From Candidatus Saccharimonadota bacterium (GTDB lineage Archaea > Nanobdellota > Nanobdellia > Pacearchaeales > GW2011-AR1), in assembly GCA_026002795.1 (NCBI GenBank), contig BPGA01000001.1, positions 300,001 to 332,000 of the forward strand: 32,000 nt of DNA, written 5' to 3'. The stretch's first letter is position 1. Each line of letters opens with the position of its first letter. The notes beneath the pieces are model-generated. The model had not been told where the DNA came from. It saw only the letters and a program-made list of their open reading frames with translations, and did no database searches. A program made the translations under genes and the position numbers. Shown here in pieces: positions 25,429-31,736 of this stretch.

Positions 25429-27582
25429 ATGCCTAAAGACATAAAAGAAATTCTAGAGAAATATGGAAAAAAAATAGAAGAAAGGGTTTTAACTGAAACA
25501 AAAACAGATTTTGAAAGCAATTACAGCCAAGAATACCTCACCTTTAAAAAAGAAATGTCTCCAGAAATTTCTAGATATGAAAGGTTATGTAAAAGTTTAG
25601 GTAGCTTAATCAAATTAAATGTTTCCAAAAAAGACGAAGAAAAAATAAGAAAATATTTAGAAATAGCTCATCTTGATTTAGAGCCTTGGCAACCACTTAC
25701 TTTGTCTGTTGTTTCTTTTTTATCAATTTTTTTTATAGCAGTTTTCTTATCAGTTGCAATTTTTTTAATTTCAGGTAGTTTTCCATTTTTATTTTTCTTT
25801 TTAATTTCCATTCTTTCTATTTTTGTTTTCTATTTTACAAAAGAATATCCCGCAAGAATCGCTAATAAGTGGCGTTTAAAAGCATCTTCTCAAATGGTTC
25901 CGGCAATACTTTATGTTGTTGTTTATATGAGGCATACCTCAAACTTAGAAAGAGCAATAGCTTTTGCCGCAGAAAACTTACAACCACCCCTCTCATTAGA
26001 CTTAAAGAAAGTTTTTTATGATGTTCAGTTAGGAAAGTTTCCAACTATAAAAGACAGTTTAAACCATTATTTAGATACTTGGCGCGATTATTCTCCAGAA
26101 TTTATAGAGGCATTTCATTTGATAGAAAGCAGCCTTTTTGAACCAGACAATTCAAGAAGAATTACAATACTTGAAAAATCCTTGAATGTTGTTTTAGATG
26201 GTGTTTATGATAAAATGCTTAACTATACACATAATGTTAAGAGTCCTTTAACAAATGTTTATATGTTAGGGGTTATTTTACCTACACTTGGTTTAGCACT
26301 TCTTCCTCTTGCTTCAGCAATGCTTGGTGGTTTAATAAACTGGCTTCACGTATTTATTCTTTTTAACTTAATAATTCCGTTTTTTGTTTTTTATCTTACA
26401 GATAAAGTTATATTCCTAAGACCAGGAGGTTATGGAGAAACTTCTCTTTTAGAGAAAAACCCGCTTTATTATAAATATAAAGATAAAAGGCCGTATTTTT
26501 ATGCCTTTATAATTGCATTACCGTTTTTTGTTTTAGGGTTTCTTCCATTCATCTTTCAGTTTACTTCTTTTCCTGAATTTTTAGGTCTAAAAAAAGACTA
26601 TAATTTTTCAGAGCTTGGTTTAGGTTTTTTAGGAAACGAAAAATTTTTTGGTTTTGAAAATACTAGTGCAGGAGTCAAAGGGCCGTTTGGTATTGGAGCT
26701 CTTTTTTTGAGTATGTTGCTTCCTCTAGGTTTGGCTTTGTTTTTTTATATATCCTTCAATTCAAGAACTAAAGAACTTATAGAAGAAAGAAAAAACACAA
26801 AACAGCTAGAAGAAGAATTTAATAATTCTTTATTTCAAGTAGGAAATAGACTCGGAAACGGTGTTCCTGTTGAACTTGTTTTTGGAAAGGTTTCAGAGGC
26901 TACAAAAGGACTGAAAACAAGTGATTTTTTTGCAAGAGTTGATTATAATATAAAACAATTAGGAATGAGCGTTGAAAAAGCAATTTTTGATCCAAAAAGA
27001 GGAGCAATTATTTTTTATCCTTCTGAACTTATTTCTACAAGCATGAAAATTTTAATAGAGTCATCTAAAAAAGGACTTCAAGTAGCTGCGATTAGTATGA
27101 TGAGCATTTCAGAATATGTAAAAAATATAAAGAAAATTAATAATAGACTTAAAGATATGCTTGCTGAAGTCGTTTCTGACATGAAATCAAACATGAGTTT
27201 TTTAGCTCCTTTACTTTCAGGAGTTGTTGTTGGTTTAGCAGCAATGATTGTTGCAATTTTAACAAAATTAAATATAGATAAGCTAGCTCAAGAAGGAGTC
27301 GGTAATCTAGGAAATTTAGGAGCAATAATTCAAATTTTTAAAGTTAATCAAATGATTCCGCCTTACTTCTTACAACTTATAATAGGAATTTATTTAATTC
27401 AAATTATTTTTATACTTACTAGAACTCTCGTTGTAATTGATTCTGGAGAAGATAAGCTAGAAACAACAGATAAAACAGGGAAAAATATATTTAGGGGGGT
27501 TAGTTTTTACTTTTTAATTGCGTTTTTTTCAACCCTTGTTTTATTTATACTAACTACAATAGTTATAGGAACAATATTTTAG
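25429..27582 (+). CDS. type IV pilus/archaellum platform protein (PilC/TadC/FlaJ-like, two T2SS-F-like repeats)
   Basis: Two cytoplasmic helical modules are each followed by TM clusters. They are LERAIAFAAENLQPPLSLDLKKVFYDVQLGKFPTIKDSL and LFQVGNRLGNGVPVELVFGKVSEATKGLKTSDFFARVDYNIKQLGMSVEKAI. The gene lies next to the ATPase, and a GAGG sits 6 nt upstream of the ATG. Confidence 0.75.
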   Translation: MPKDIKEILEKYGKKIEERVLTETKTDFESNYSQEYLTFKKEMSPEISRYERLCKSLGSLIKLNVSKKDEEKIRKYLEIAHLDLEPWQPLTLSVVSFLSIFFIAVFLSVAIFLISGSFPFLFFFLISILSIFVFYFTKEYPARIANKWRLKASSQMVPAILYVVVYMRHTSNLERAIAFAAENLQPPLSLDLKKVFYDVQLGKFPTIKDSLNHYLDTWRDYSPEFIEAFHLIESSLFEPDNSRRITILEKSLNVVLDGVYDKMLNYTHNVKSPLTNVYMLGVILPTLGLALLPLASAMLGGLINWLHVFILFNLIIPFFVFYLTDKVIFLRPGGYGETSLLEKNPLYYKYKDKRPYFYAFIIALPFFVLGFLPFIFQFTSFPEFLGLKKDYNFSELGLGFLGNEKFFGFENTSAGVKGPFGIGALFLSMLLPLGLALFFYISFNSRTKELIEERKNTKQLEEEFNNSLFQVGNRLGNGVPVELVFGKVSEATKGLKTSDFFARVDYNIKQLGMSVEKAIFDPKRGAIIFYPSELISTSMKILIESSKKGLQVAAISMMSISEYVKNIKKINNRLKDMLAEVVSDMKSNMSFLAPLLSGVVVGLAAMIVAILTKLNIDKLAQEGVGNLGNLGAIIQIFKVNQMIPPYFLQLIIGIYLIQIIFILTRTLVVIDSGEDKLETTDKTGKNIFRGVSFYFLIAFFSTLVLFILTTIVIGTIF

Positions 27583-27643
27583 ATTTAAAATTTTTTAAAT
27601 AAAATTTAGTTAACTTTATTAATTTATATTGTTTTCTTAAAAA

Positions 27644-27787
27644 ATGGAAAAAAGAGGCATAGTTTCTGATTATCTGCCGTGGCTTTTAATTGGAATTGCT
27701 ATTTTGGTTATACTTATGATTTCAATTTTTTTAATTAAAGAAAGAGGAACTTCATTAATAGATCAAATAAAAAATTTATTTAGATAA
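27644..27787 (+). CDS. micro-protein, single TM helix (47 aa)
   Basis: Not in the ORF track (under 60 aa). My translation is MEKRGIVSDYLPWLLIGIAILVILMISIFLIKERGTSLIDQIKNLFR. It is the first ORF after the platform gene and ends 3 nt before the next ORF. Confidence 0.45.
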   Translation: MEKRGIVSDYLPWLLIGIAILVILMISIFLIKERGTSLIDQIKNLFR

Positions 27788-27790
27788 AAA

Positions 27791-27952
27791 ATGGAGCTTA
27801 CATTTGAAAATATAATTAAGATAATTTTAGGAATATTGGTTTTTAGTGTTGTTATTTTTGGCGTCTATCTTTTATTTAAAAATTATATTTTAGATTTTTT
27901 TAAGAACATTCTAGGAGGGGATCAGAGTATTTTACTCTCTTTGATACAATGA
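27791..27952 (+). CDS. micro-protein, single TM helix (53 aa), paralog of 28409-28510
   Basis: Not in the ORF track. My translation is MELTFENIIKIILGILVFSVVIFGVYLLFKNYILDFFKNILGGDQSILLSLIQ. Its stop overlaps the next start (caATGa). Confidence 0.5.
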   Translation: MELTFENIIKIILGILVFSVVIFGVYLLFKNYILDFFKNILGGDQSILLSLIQ

Positions 27953-28407
27953 AAAATAAAAAAGGTTTTTTACTGGGCGAAGAGGCTGTTAAAATAGTTA
28001 TTGCTTTAATTGCTTTAAGCTTACTTGTCTATCTTCTTTATTCTCTTTATTCTTCTAATAAAAATTCTAAAGATTTAGAATTGGCAAAAGAATCTTTAAA
28101 TAGAACCTTTGAGGCTTTTTCTAATAGAGAAAAAGAAATACAAATTTACAATCCAGAATCATGGTATTTTATTTCTTGGCCAAGAGAAGATAAAACTCCT
28201 CTTTCGTGTTCAAATTTAGGTTGGTCTAGTTGTATTTGTATTTGTAAAGATAGAACTTTTGTAAAAGACGAGATTAAAGAGTGTGATTCTTTAGGGGTTT
28301 GTTTAGAAAATAAAGAAAATTATAAGATAGACGAAAAAATAAAGATAGAAGATCCTCCGATAAATCTAATAATAAATTATGAAAAAAAAGAAATAAAAAA
28401 ATCTTAA
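27949..28407 (+). CDS. pilin-like secreted protein (class III signal-peptide-like N-terminus, Cys-rich)
   Basis: MKNKKG/FLLGEEAVKIVIALIALSLLVYLLY has a basic n-region ending in KG, then F at +1 and E at +5, then about 20 hydrophobic residues. The body has six Cys. Confidence 0.65.
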   Translation: MKNKKGFLLGEEAVKIVIALIALSLLVYLLYSLYSSNKNSKDLELAKESLNRTFEAFSNREKEIQIYNPESWYFISWPREDKTPLSCSNLGWSSCICICKDRTFVKDEIKECDSLGVCLENKENYKIDEKIKIEDPPINLIINYEKKEIKKS

Positions 28408-28408
28408 A

Positions 28409-28510
28409 ATGGATCTAGACGAAATTATAAAATATGTAATTTGGATAATATTCTTTTTATTTGCATTAACAGGAGTTTATACCTTATTAAAAAGACTAGG
28501 AATTATTTAA
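28409..28510 (+). CDS. micro-protein, single TM helix (33 aa), paralog of 27791-27952
   Basis: Not in the ORF track. My translation is MDLDEIIKYVIWIIFFLFALTGVYTLLKRLGII. It shares E-IIK ... GVY-L-K with equal spacing with the 53-aa micro-protein. There are 1-nt gaps on both sides. Confidence 0.45.
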   Translation: MDLDEIIKYVIWIIFFLFALTGVYTLLKRLGII

Positions 28511-28511
28511 A

Positions 28512-29252
28512 ATGAAACCAAGAAATAAAAAAGGCGAGCTTACAACAAAGCAAATTGTTACTTTAATAATTCTTATAGTAAGCTTTATAGTTATTCTTTT
28601 TTTCATCTTCAGACTAAATCTTAAAGAAAAAACAGATAAAGAAATTTGTAGAAATTCTGTAGTTTTGAGAGACCAAGGAAAAATTTTTTCAGGACCTTTA
28701 GATTGTAAAACAAACTATCTTTGTCTCTACTCTAAAAAAGAATGTTCTGAATTTTTTACAGAGAAAATAAAGATTGAAAAATTAGAAAAAACAGAGTTAA
28801 TGAAACACATAGCAGAAGAGATGGCTGATTGTAGATGGATGTTTGGAGAAGATAAAAAATTAAGGTATACCGGAGGATCAACTTCTACAGGGGTGGATTG
28901 TGCAATTTGTTCAATAATTTCCTTTGATGAAGAAATACAAAATAAAATTCCGGAGATAAGCTATAAAGAATTTTATAATTTTTTAGAAAAAAATTCTTTA
29001 GAAGAGGGCGAAAGTTACTTAAAATACCTTTATGATGTTGATTCTTTATCAAGCCTTCAAATTCAAGAACAGTTTTCAAATATTAACATTGATGAAGACA
29101 TCATTAGAACTTCTGAAAAATATTCGATAATAACAGGCATAGATAACAACCTTATCGATATCTTAGATGATGATGAATGGTTAAATGTTTATTTAATTCC
29201 AACTAAAGAAACAAGTCAAACCAAATGTTCAAATTTCATAACTAAAGCATAA
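28512..29252 (+). CDS. pilin-like secreted protein (246 aa, Cys-rich)
   Basis: MKPRNKKG/ELTTKQIVTLIILIVSFIVILFFIF resembles a class III signal peptide. The body has eight Cys. Confidence 0.65.
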   Translation: MKPRNKKGELTTKQIVTLIILIVSFIVILFFIFRLNLKEKTDKEICRNSVVLRDQGKIFSGPLDCKTNYLCLYSKKECSEFFTEKIKIEKLEKTELMKHIAEEMADCRWMFGEDKKLRYTGGSTSTGVDCAICSIISFDEEIQNKIPEISYKEFYNFLEKNSLEEGESYLKYLYDVDSLSSLQIQEQFSNINIDEDIIRTSEKYSIITGIDNNLIDILDDDEWLNVYLIPTKETSQTKCSNFITKA

Positions 29253-29253
29253 A

Positions 29254-29649
29254 ATGTTAAAAAAGAAAAAAGCAAATATAATTACTGAAAACATAATCTT
29301 CCTAATTTTGAATTTAACCTTTATAACTATTCTTATCTTGTTTTTATTCTCCAAAACTTCAAACGAGTCTGTTTTAGAAGAAAAATATGCCAAAAAAATT
29401 GCTCTTCTTTTGGATGCAGCTGAGCCAGGAATGATTATATTTCTAGATATGAAAGACGCCATCGATTTAGCTAAAAAAAACGGCATTAAAGCAGAAGAAA
29501 TAGTTAAAATAAATAAAAATATTGTTACAGTTAAACTTAGCGAAGATGGAGGCTACTCTTATTCTTTTTTTAACAATCTAGATTTTGGTGAAAAATCTAA
29601 TTTTTACGTTAATGAAGAAAAAACAGGGTTTGTTTTTGTTATAGGATAA
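29254..29649 (+). CDS. pilin-like protein (131 aa)
   Basis: MLKKKKA/NIITENIIFLILNLTFITILILFLF has a basic n-region ending in KA, E at +5 and a long hydrophobic helix. There is a 1-nt gap to the upstream gene. Confidence 0.6.
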   Translation: MLKKKKANIITENIIFLILNLTFITILILFLFSKTSNESVLEEKYAKKIALLLDAAEPGMIIFLDMKDAIDLAKKNGIKAEEIVKINKNIVTVKLSEDGGYSYSFFNNLDFGEKSNFYVNEEKTGFVFVIG

Positions 29650-29650
29650 A

Positions 29651-30160
29651 ATGAAAAAATTAAAAATAGGTAATAAAAAAGGAGCAGAAAAGATAATTTC
29701 TGTTTACTGGTTTGCAATGCTTTTTATAGTTGCTGCTTCTTTAGTTTATATTGTTTCTGTTTTTTATGGTAAGCCTTATGACATAAGAAAAATAGAAGCT
29801 GATTTTTTAGCTGATAAAATAGCATCTTGTTTCTCTAAAAACGGATTTATTAAAGAAGATTTTTCTCAAATAAACAGTAACAATTTTTTAGATAGATGTT
29901 CTTTAACTTTTGATACAGAGGACTCTTTTGGATGGAAAAATGACCAGTATTATATAGAAACTAATTTTTATGATCTTAACTCAGGTAACCTAATCCACTC
30001 TTTAAATCAAGGAAATCCTTCTTTGAAAAATTTTTGCAATATTAAAGGAGAAAACTTTCCGGTTTGTTTAGAAAAAACGCTTTATACTATAGACAAACAA
30101 AACAACCAATATCAAATAAAAATTCTTTCAATAGTTAGAAAAACAGAAAAAAATGTTTAA
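29651..30160 (+). CDS. pilin-like protein (169 aa)
   Basis: MKKLKIGNKKG/AEKIISVYWFAMLFIVAASLVYIV at the N-terminus, and four Cys in the body. There is a 1-nt gap to the upstream gene. Confidence 0.6.
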   Translation: MKKLKIGNKKGAEKIISVYWFAMLFIVAASLVYIVSVFYGKPYDIRKIEADFLADKIASCFSKNGFIKEDFSQINSNNFLDRCSLTFDTEDSFGWKNDQYYIETNFYDLNSGNLIHSLNQGNPSLKNFCNIKGENFPVCLEKTLYTIDKQNNQYQIKILSIVRKTEKNV

Positions 30161-30356
30161 AAAAGCACAAGTAGGAGAAACAACAAGTTGGATTTTTGCA
30201 ACTATAGTTATAATAACAATTATTCTTATTTCGCTTTTCATTGTTCAATTTTATCAAGGAAAAAATAAAGAGATAGAAGAGTTAAAAACAGTAGATGTTG
30301 TTGCCGCAAAATCTCTTTTTTCATACATTCTAACAAAAAATAAAACAGAAGAGTAA
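30153..30356 (+). CDS. pilin-like protein, apparently truncated by a frame break (67 aa as read)
   Basis: MFKKA/QVGETTSWIFATIVIITIILISLFIV at the N-terminus. The ORF stops at 30354-30356, but the coding-like sequence continues in another frame (next feature). Confidence 0.6.
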   Translation: MFKKAQVGETTSWIFATIVIITIILISLFIVQFYQGKNKEIEELKTVDVVAAKSLFSYILTKNKTEE

Positions 30357-30660
30357 TGAAGAAGTTGTTTATAATTTATTAAAAGAAAATAAATCCTTTG
30401 ATAATTTTACAGGAACTTTAGCCAAAAAAATTTTTACAGAGTATGAAAGAAACTATGAAGATGTTTGGATTGGGTTTAAAGAGGATACAACTTTTTTTCC
30501 ATTTAAATCAAACGATTTTTTTGGAGGAAAGCCTAGTGGAGTAAGAGGTGGTGACATTCATTTTGGATCTAGAATAGTGAAAAGATATGAAGAATACATA
30601 TTTTTAGATAGTAACTGGTCTTTAGTTATGTACCTTTCAAAAGAGAAAAGCATAAAATGA
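30334..30660 (+). other. start-less open frame continuing the 30153 gene after a one-nucleotide frame change
   Basis: The frame is open from 30334 to the TGA at 30658-30660, 108 codons. It has no in-frame ATG, GTG or TTG until near its end. It reads ..SNEEVVYNLLKENKSFDNFTGTLAKKIFTEYERNYEDVWIGFKEDTTFFPFKSNDFFGGKPSGVRGGDIHFGSRIVKRYEEYIFLDSNWSLVMYLSKEKSIK. Deleting one A from the A6 run (30335-30340) fuses it to the upstream ORF, giving about 168 aa. Confidence 0.55.
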
Positions 30661-30956
30661 AAATAAAAAACAAAAAAGGAGATGTGCCTGTAACAATCTT
30701 AGTTTTAGGAGTGATAATCATTTTTATTTCAGCAATTATAAGTTTTTCATTTTCTTCTTTTTTATTTAAAAAAGATTTTAATTTAGAGAGTATAGAGCAG
30801 GCAAAAATTATGAAAGAAAAATTTTTAGTTTATCAAGAATTAGGTGTTGAAGATGTAGAATCTAAATTTGCACCCCCTTTAAAAGAAGACGCGCAAGGAA
30901 AGTTCATAGAAATAGAGGAAGAAAAAATTAAAGTAAAAATTTATATTCTGGACTAA
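30657..30956 (+). CDS. pilin-like protein, apparently truncated by a frame break (99 aa as read)
   Basis: MKIKNKKG/DVPVTILVLGVIIIFISAIISFSF at the N-terminus. Its start overlaps the stop of the preceding open frame (ATGA). Confidence 0.6.
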   Translation: MKIKNKKGDVPVTILVLGVIIIFISAIISFSFSSFLFKKDFNLESIEQAKIMKEKFLVYQELGVEDVESKFAPPLKEDAQGKFIEIEEEKIKVKIYILD

Positions 30957-31102
30957 ATGGAGAATTTGTTAATCAGTTAGCAACAGGATCTCAATGTAAT
31001 AATAATTTTGAATGTTCAAGCAATTTATGTATTGAGGATCAGTGCGTAGAGGGTGGATTATTTCAAAAAATAATAAACTGGTTAAAAAACTTATTTTCTT
31101 AA
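30932..31102 (+). other. start-less open frame continuing the 30657 gene after a one-nucleotide frame change
   Basis: The frame is open from 30932 to the TAA at 31100-31102, with no ATG, GTG or TTG. It reads SKNLYSGLNGEFVNQLATGSQCNNNFECSSNLCIEDQCVEGGLFQKIINWLKNLFS. Adding one A to the A5 run (30935-30939) fuses it to the upstream ORF, giving about 148 aa. Confidence 0.5.
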
Positions 31103-31213
31103 ATTTATTTAATGTAAAGAAAGAAAAAAATTTACTATTAATTTTATTTTATGATTTATTCAGGTTTTAATTTATGCTTTTTGAATACTACAGAAAACGT
31201 TAATAAAAACATT

Positions 31214-31219
31214 TTTAAA
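31214..31219 (+). promoter_or_regulatory. TATA-box-like TTTAAA for the candidate major pilin
   Basis: atTTTAAAg lies 21 nt upstream of the ATG at 31241, the same spacing as other promoters here. This supports 31241 rather than 31151 as the start. Confidence 0.45.
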
Positions 31220-31240
31220 GAAAATAAACATATTTGTATA

Positions 31241-31609
31241 ATGAGCATAGTTAACGATCTTATCAAAATTAATGAAAAAAAAGGACAGGGTTTAAGTACA
31301 AACGCAATAATCTTAATTGTTTTAGGTGTTATAGTTTTAGTTGTTTTGGCTTTAGGTTTTACACTTGGTTGGAATAGAATACTACCTTTTATAAGTCAAA
31401 ACAATGTAGAGAACATAAAAACAGCTTGCGTTACTGCTTGTACAACACAAAGCGTTTATGATTATTGTACTGCAAATAGAACATTAAAAGCAGAAGACCT
31501 TCCTGGAGGAGTTAAAGAGGTGAAAAATACATGCAACTTCTTTGCTACAAACCCAGAGTTTTCAAAATACGGAATAGAGGTTTGTAGCTCAATTACCTGT
31601 CCTTCTTAA
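31241..31609 (+). CDS. candidate major pilin (class III signal peptide, Cys-rich, 122 aa)
   Basis: MSIVNDLIKINEKKG/QGLSTNAIILIVLGVIVLVVLALGF has KKG followed by Q at +1, then a strongly hydrophobic helix. The globular part has six Cys. The track ORF from 31151 adds a non-signal-like 30-aa leader, which I reject. Confidence 0.7.
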   Translation: MSIVNDLIKINEKKGQGLSTNAIILIVLGVIVLVVLALGFTLGWNRILPFISQNNVENIKTACVTACTTQSVYDYCTANRTLKAEDLPGGVKEVKNTCNFFATNPEFSKYGIEVCSSITCPS

Positions 31610-31736
31610 ACTTTAATATTTCTAATGACAGACTTTGTGTATCCTGAAAAAAGAAATAAGAAAAAAGAAAAATTAAAAGAAAGAAAAAGATATCCTTATA
31701 AAAAAGGCGGAAGAGAAAGAAAAAGATTATCTTAAG

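Noticed and set aside
22072-27582. Interpreting the ATPase and platform pair as an archaellum (motility) core.
   Set aside because: No archaellin-like genes with the typical long conserved N-terminal domain are present. No FlaF, G, H or C/D/E-like accessory genes are recognisable nearby. The small proteins are highly divergent from one another, more like adhesion-pilus or minor-pilin sets. It remains a formal possibility until profile searches are run.
416-29486. Antisense or overlapping track ORFs: 416-739(+), 2258-2473(-), 5904-6149(-), 6136-6387(-), 7037-7222(-), 8248-8658(+), 9680-9910(-), 11915-12118(-), 13496-13711(-), 14718-15035(-), 15942-16196(+), 17014-17244(+), 19243-19437(-), 19749-19961(-), 20401-20652(-), 21234-21461(+), 22618-22842(-), 25862-26044(-), 28885-29079(-), 29229-29486(-).
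   Set aside because: Each lies inside, and opposite to or out of frame with, a longer ORF that has recognisable motifs or a coherent membrane or coiled-coil character. Their translations are low-complexity (L/F/S/K-rich), as expected for shadow frames in AT-rich DNA where stop codons on the antisense strand are depleted by the sense codon pattern.
30932-30956. Possibility of a classical programmed -1 ribosomal frameshift at the second frame break.
   Set aside because: The zero-frame sequence gtA AAA ATT does not form a proper X XXY YYZ slippery heptamer, because the A-site codon ATT would re-pair as AAT. I see no obvious downstream stem-loop in the very AT-rich sequence. An indel or phase-variation explanation is simpler.
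31151-31240. Upstream extension of the candidate major pilin (track start at 31151, MIYSGFNLCFLNTTENVNK...).
   Set aside because: The extension would bury the pilin-type signal 30 residues inside the protein and would contain the TTTAAA box (31214-31219). The ATG at 31241 gives a canonical short basic n-region and canonical promoter spacing.
31625-31735. 36-codon ORF (MTDFVYPEKRNKKKEKLKERKRYPYKKGGRERKRLS) in a roughly 80-nt purine-rich tract between the pilin and the prepilin peptidase.
   Set aside because: The extreme K/R/E content simply mirrors the A/G-only DNA composition, and there is no hydrophobic or structured segment. It might be a spacer or leader for the peptidase gene. I cannot support it as a gene without conservation or expression data.
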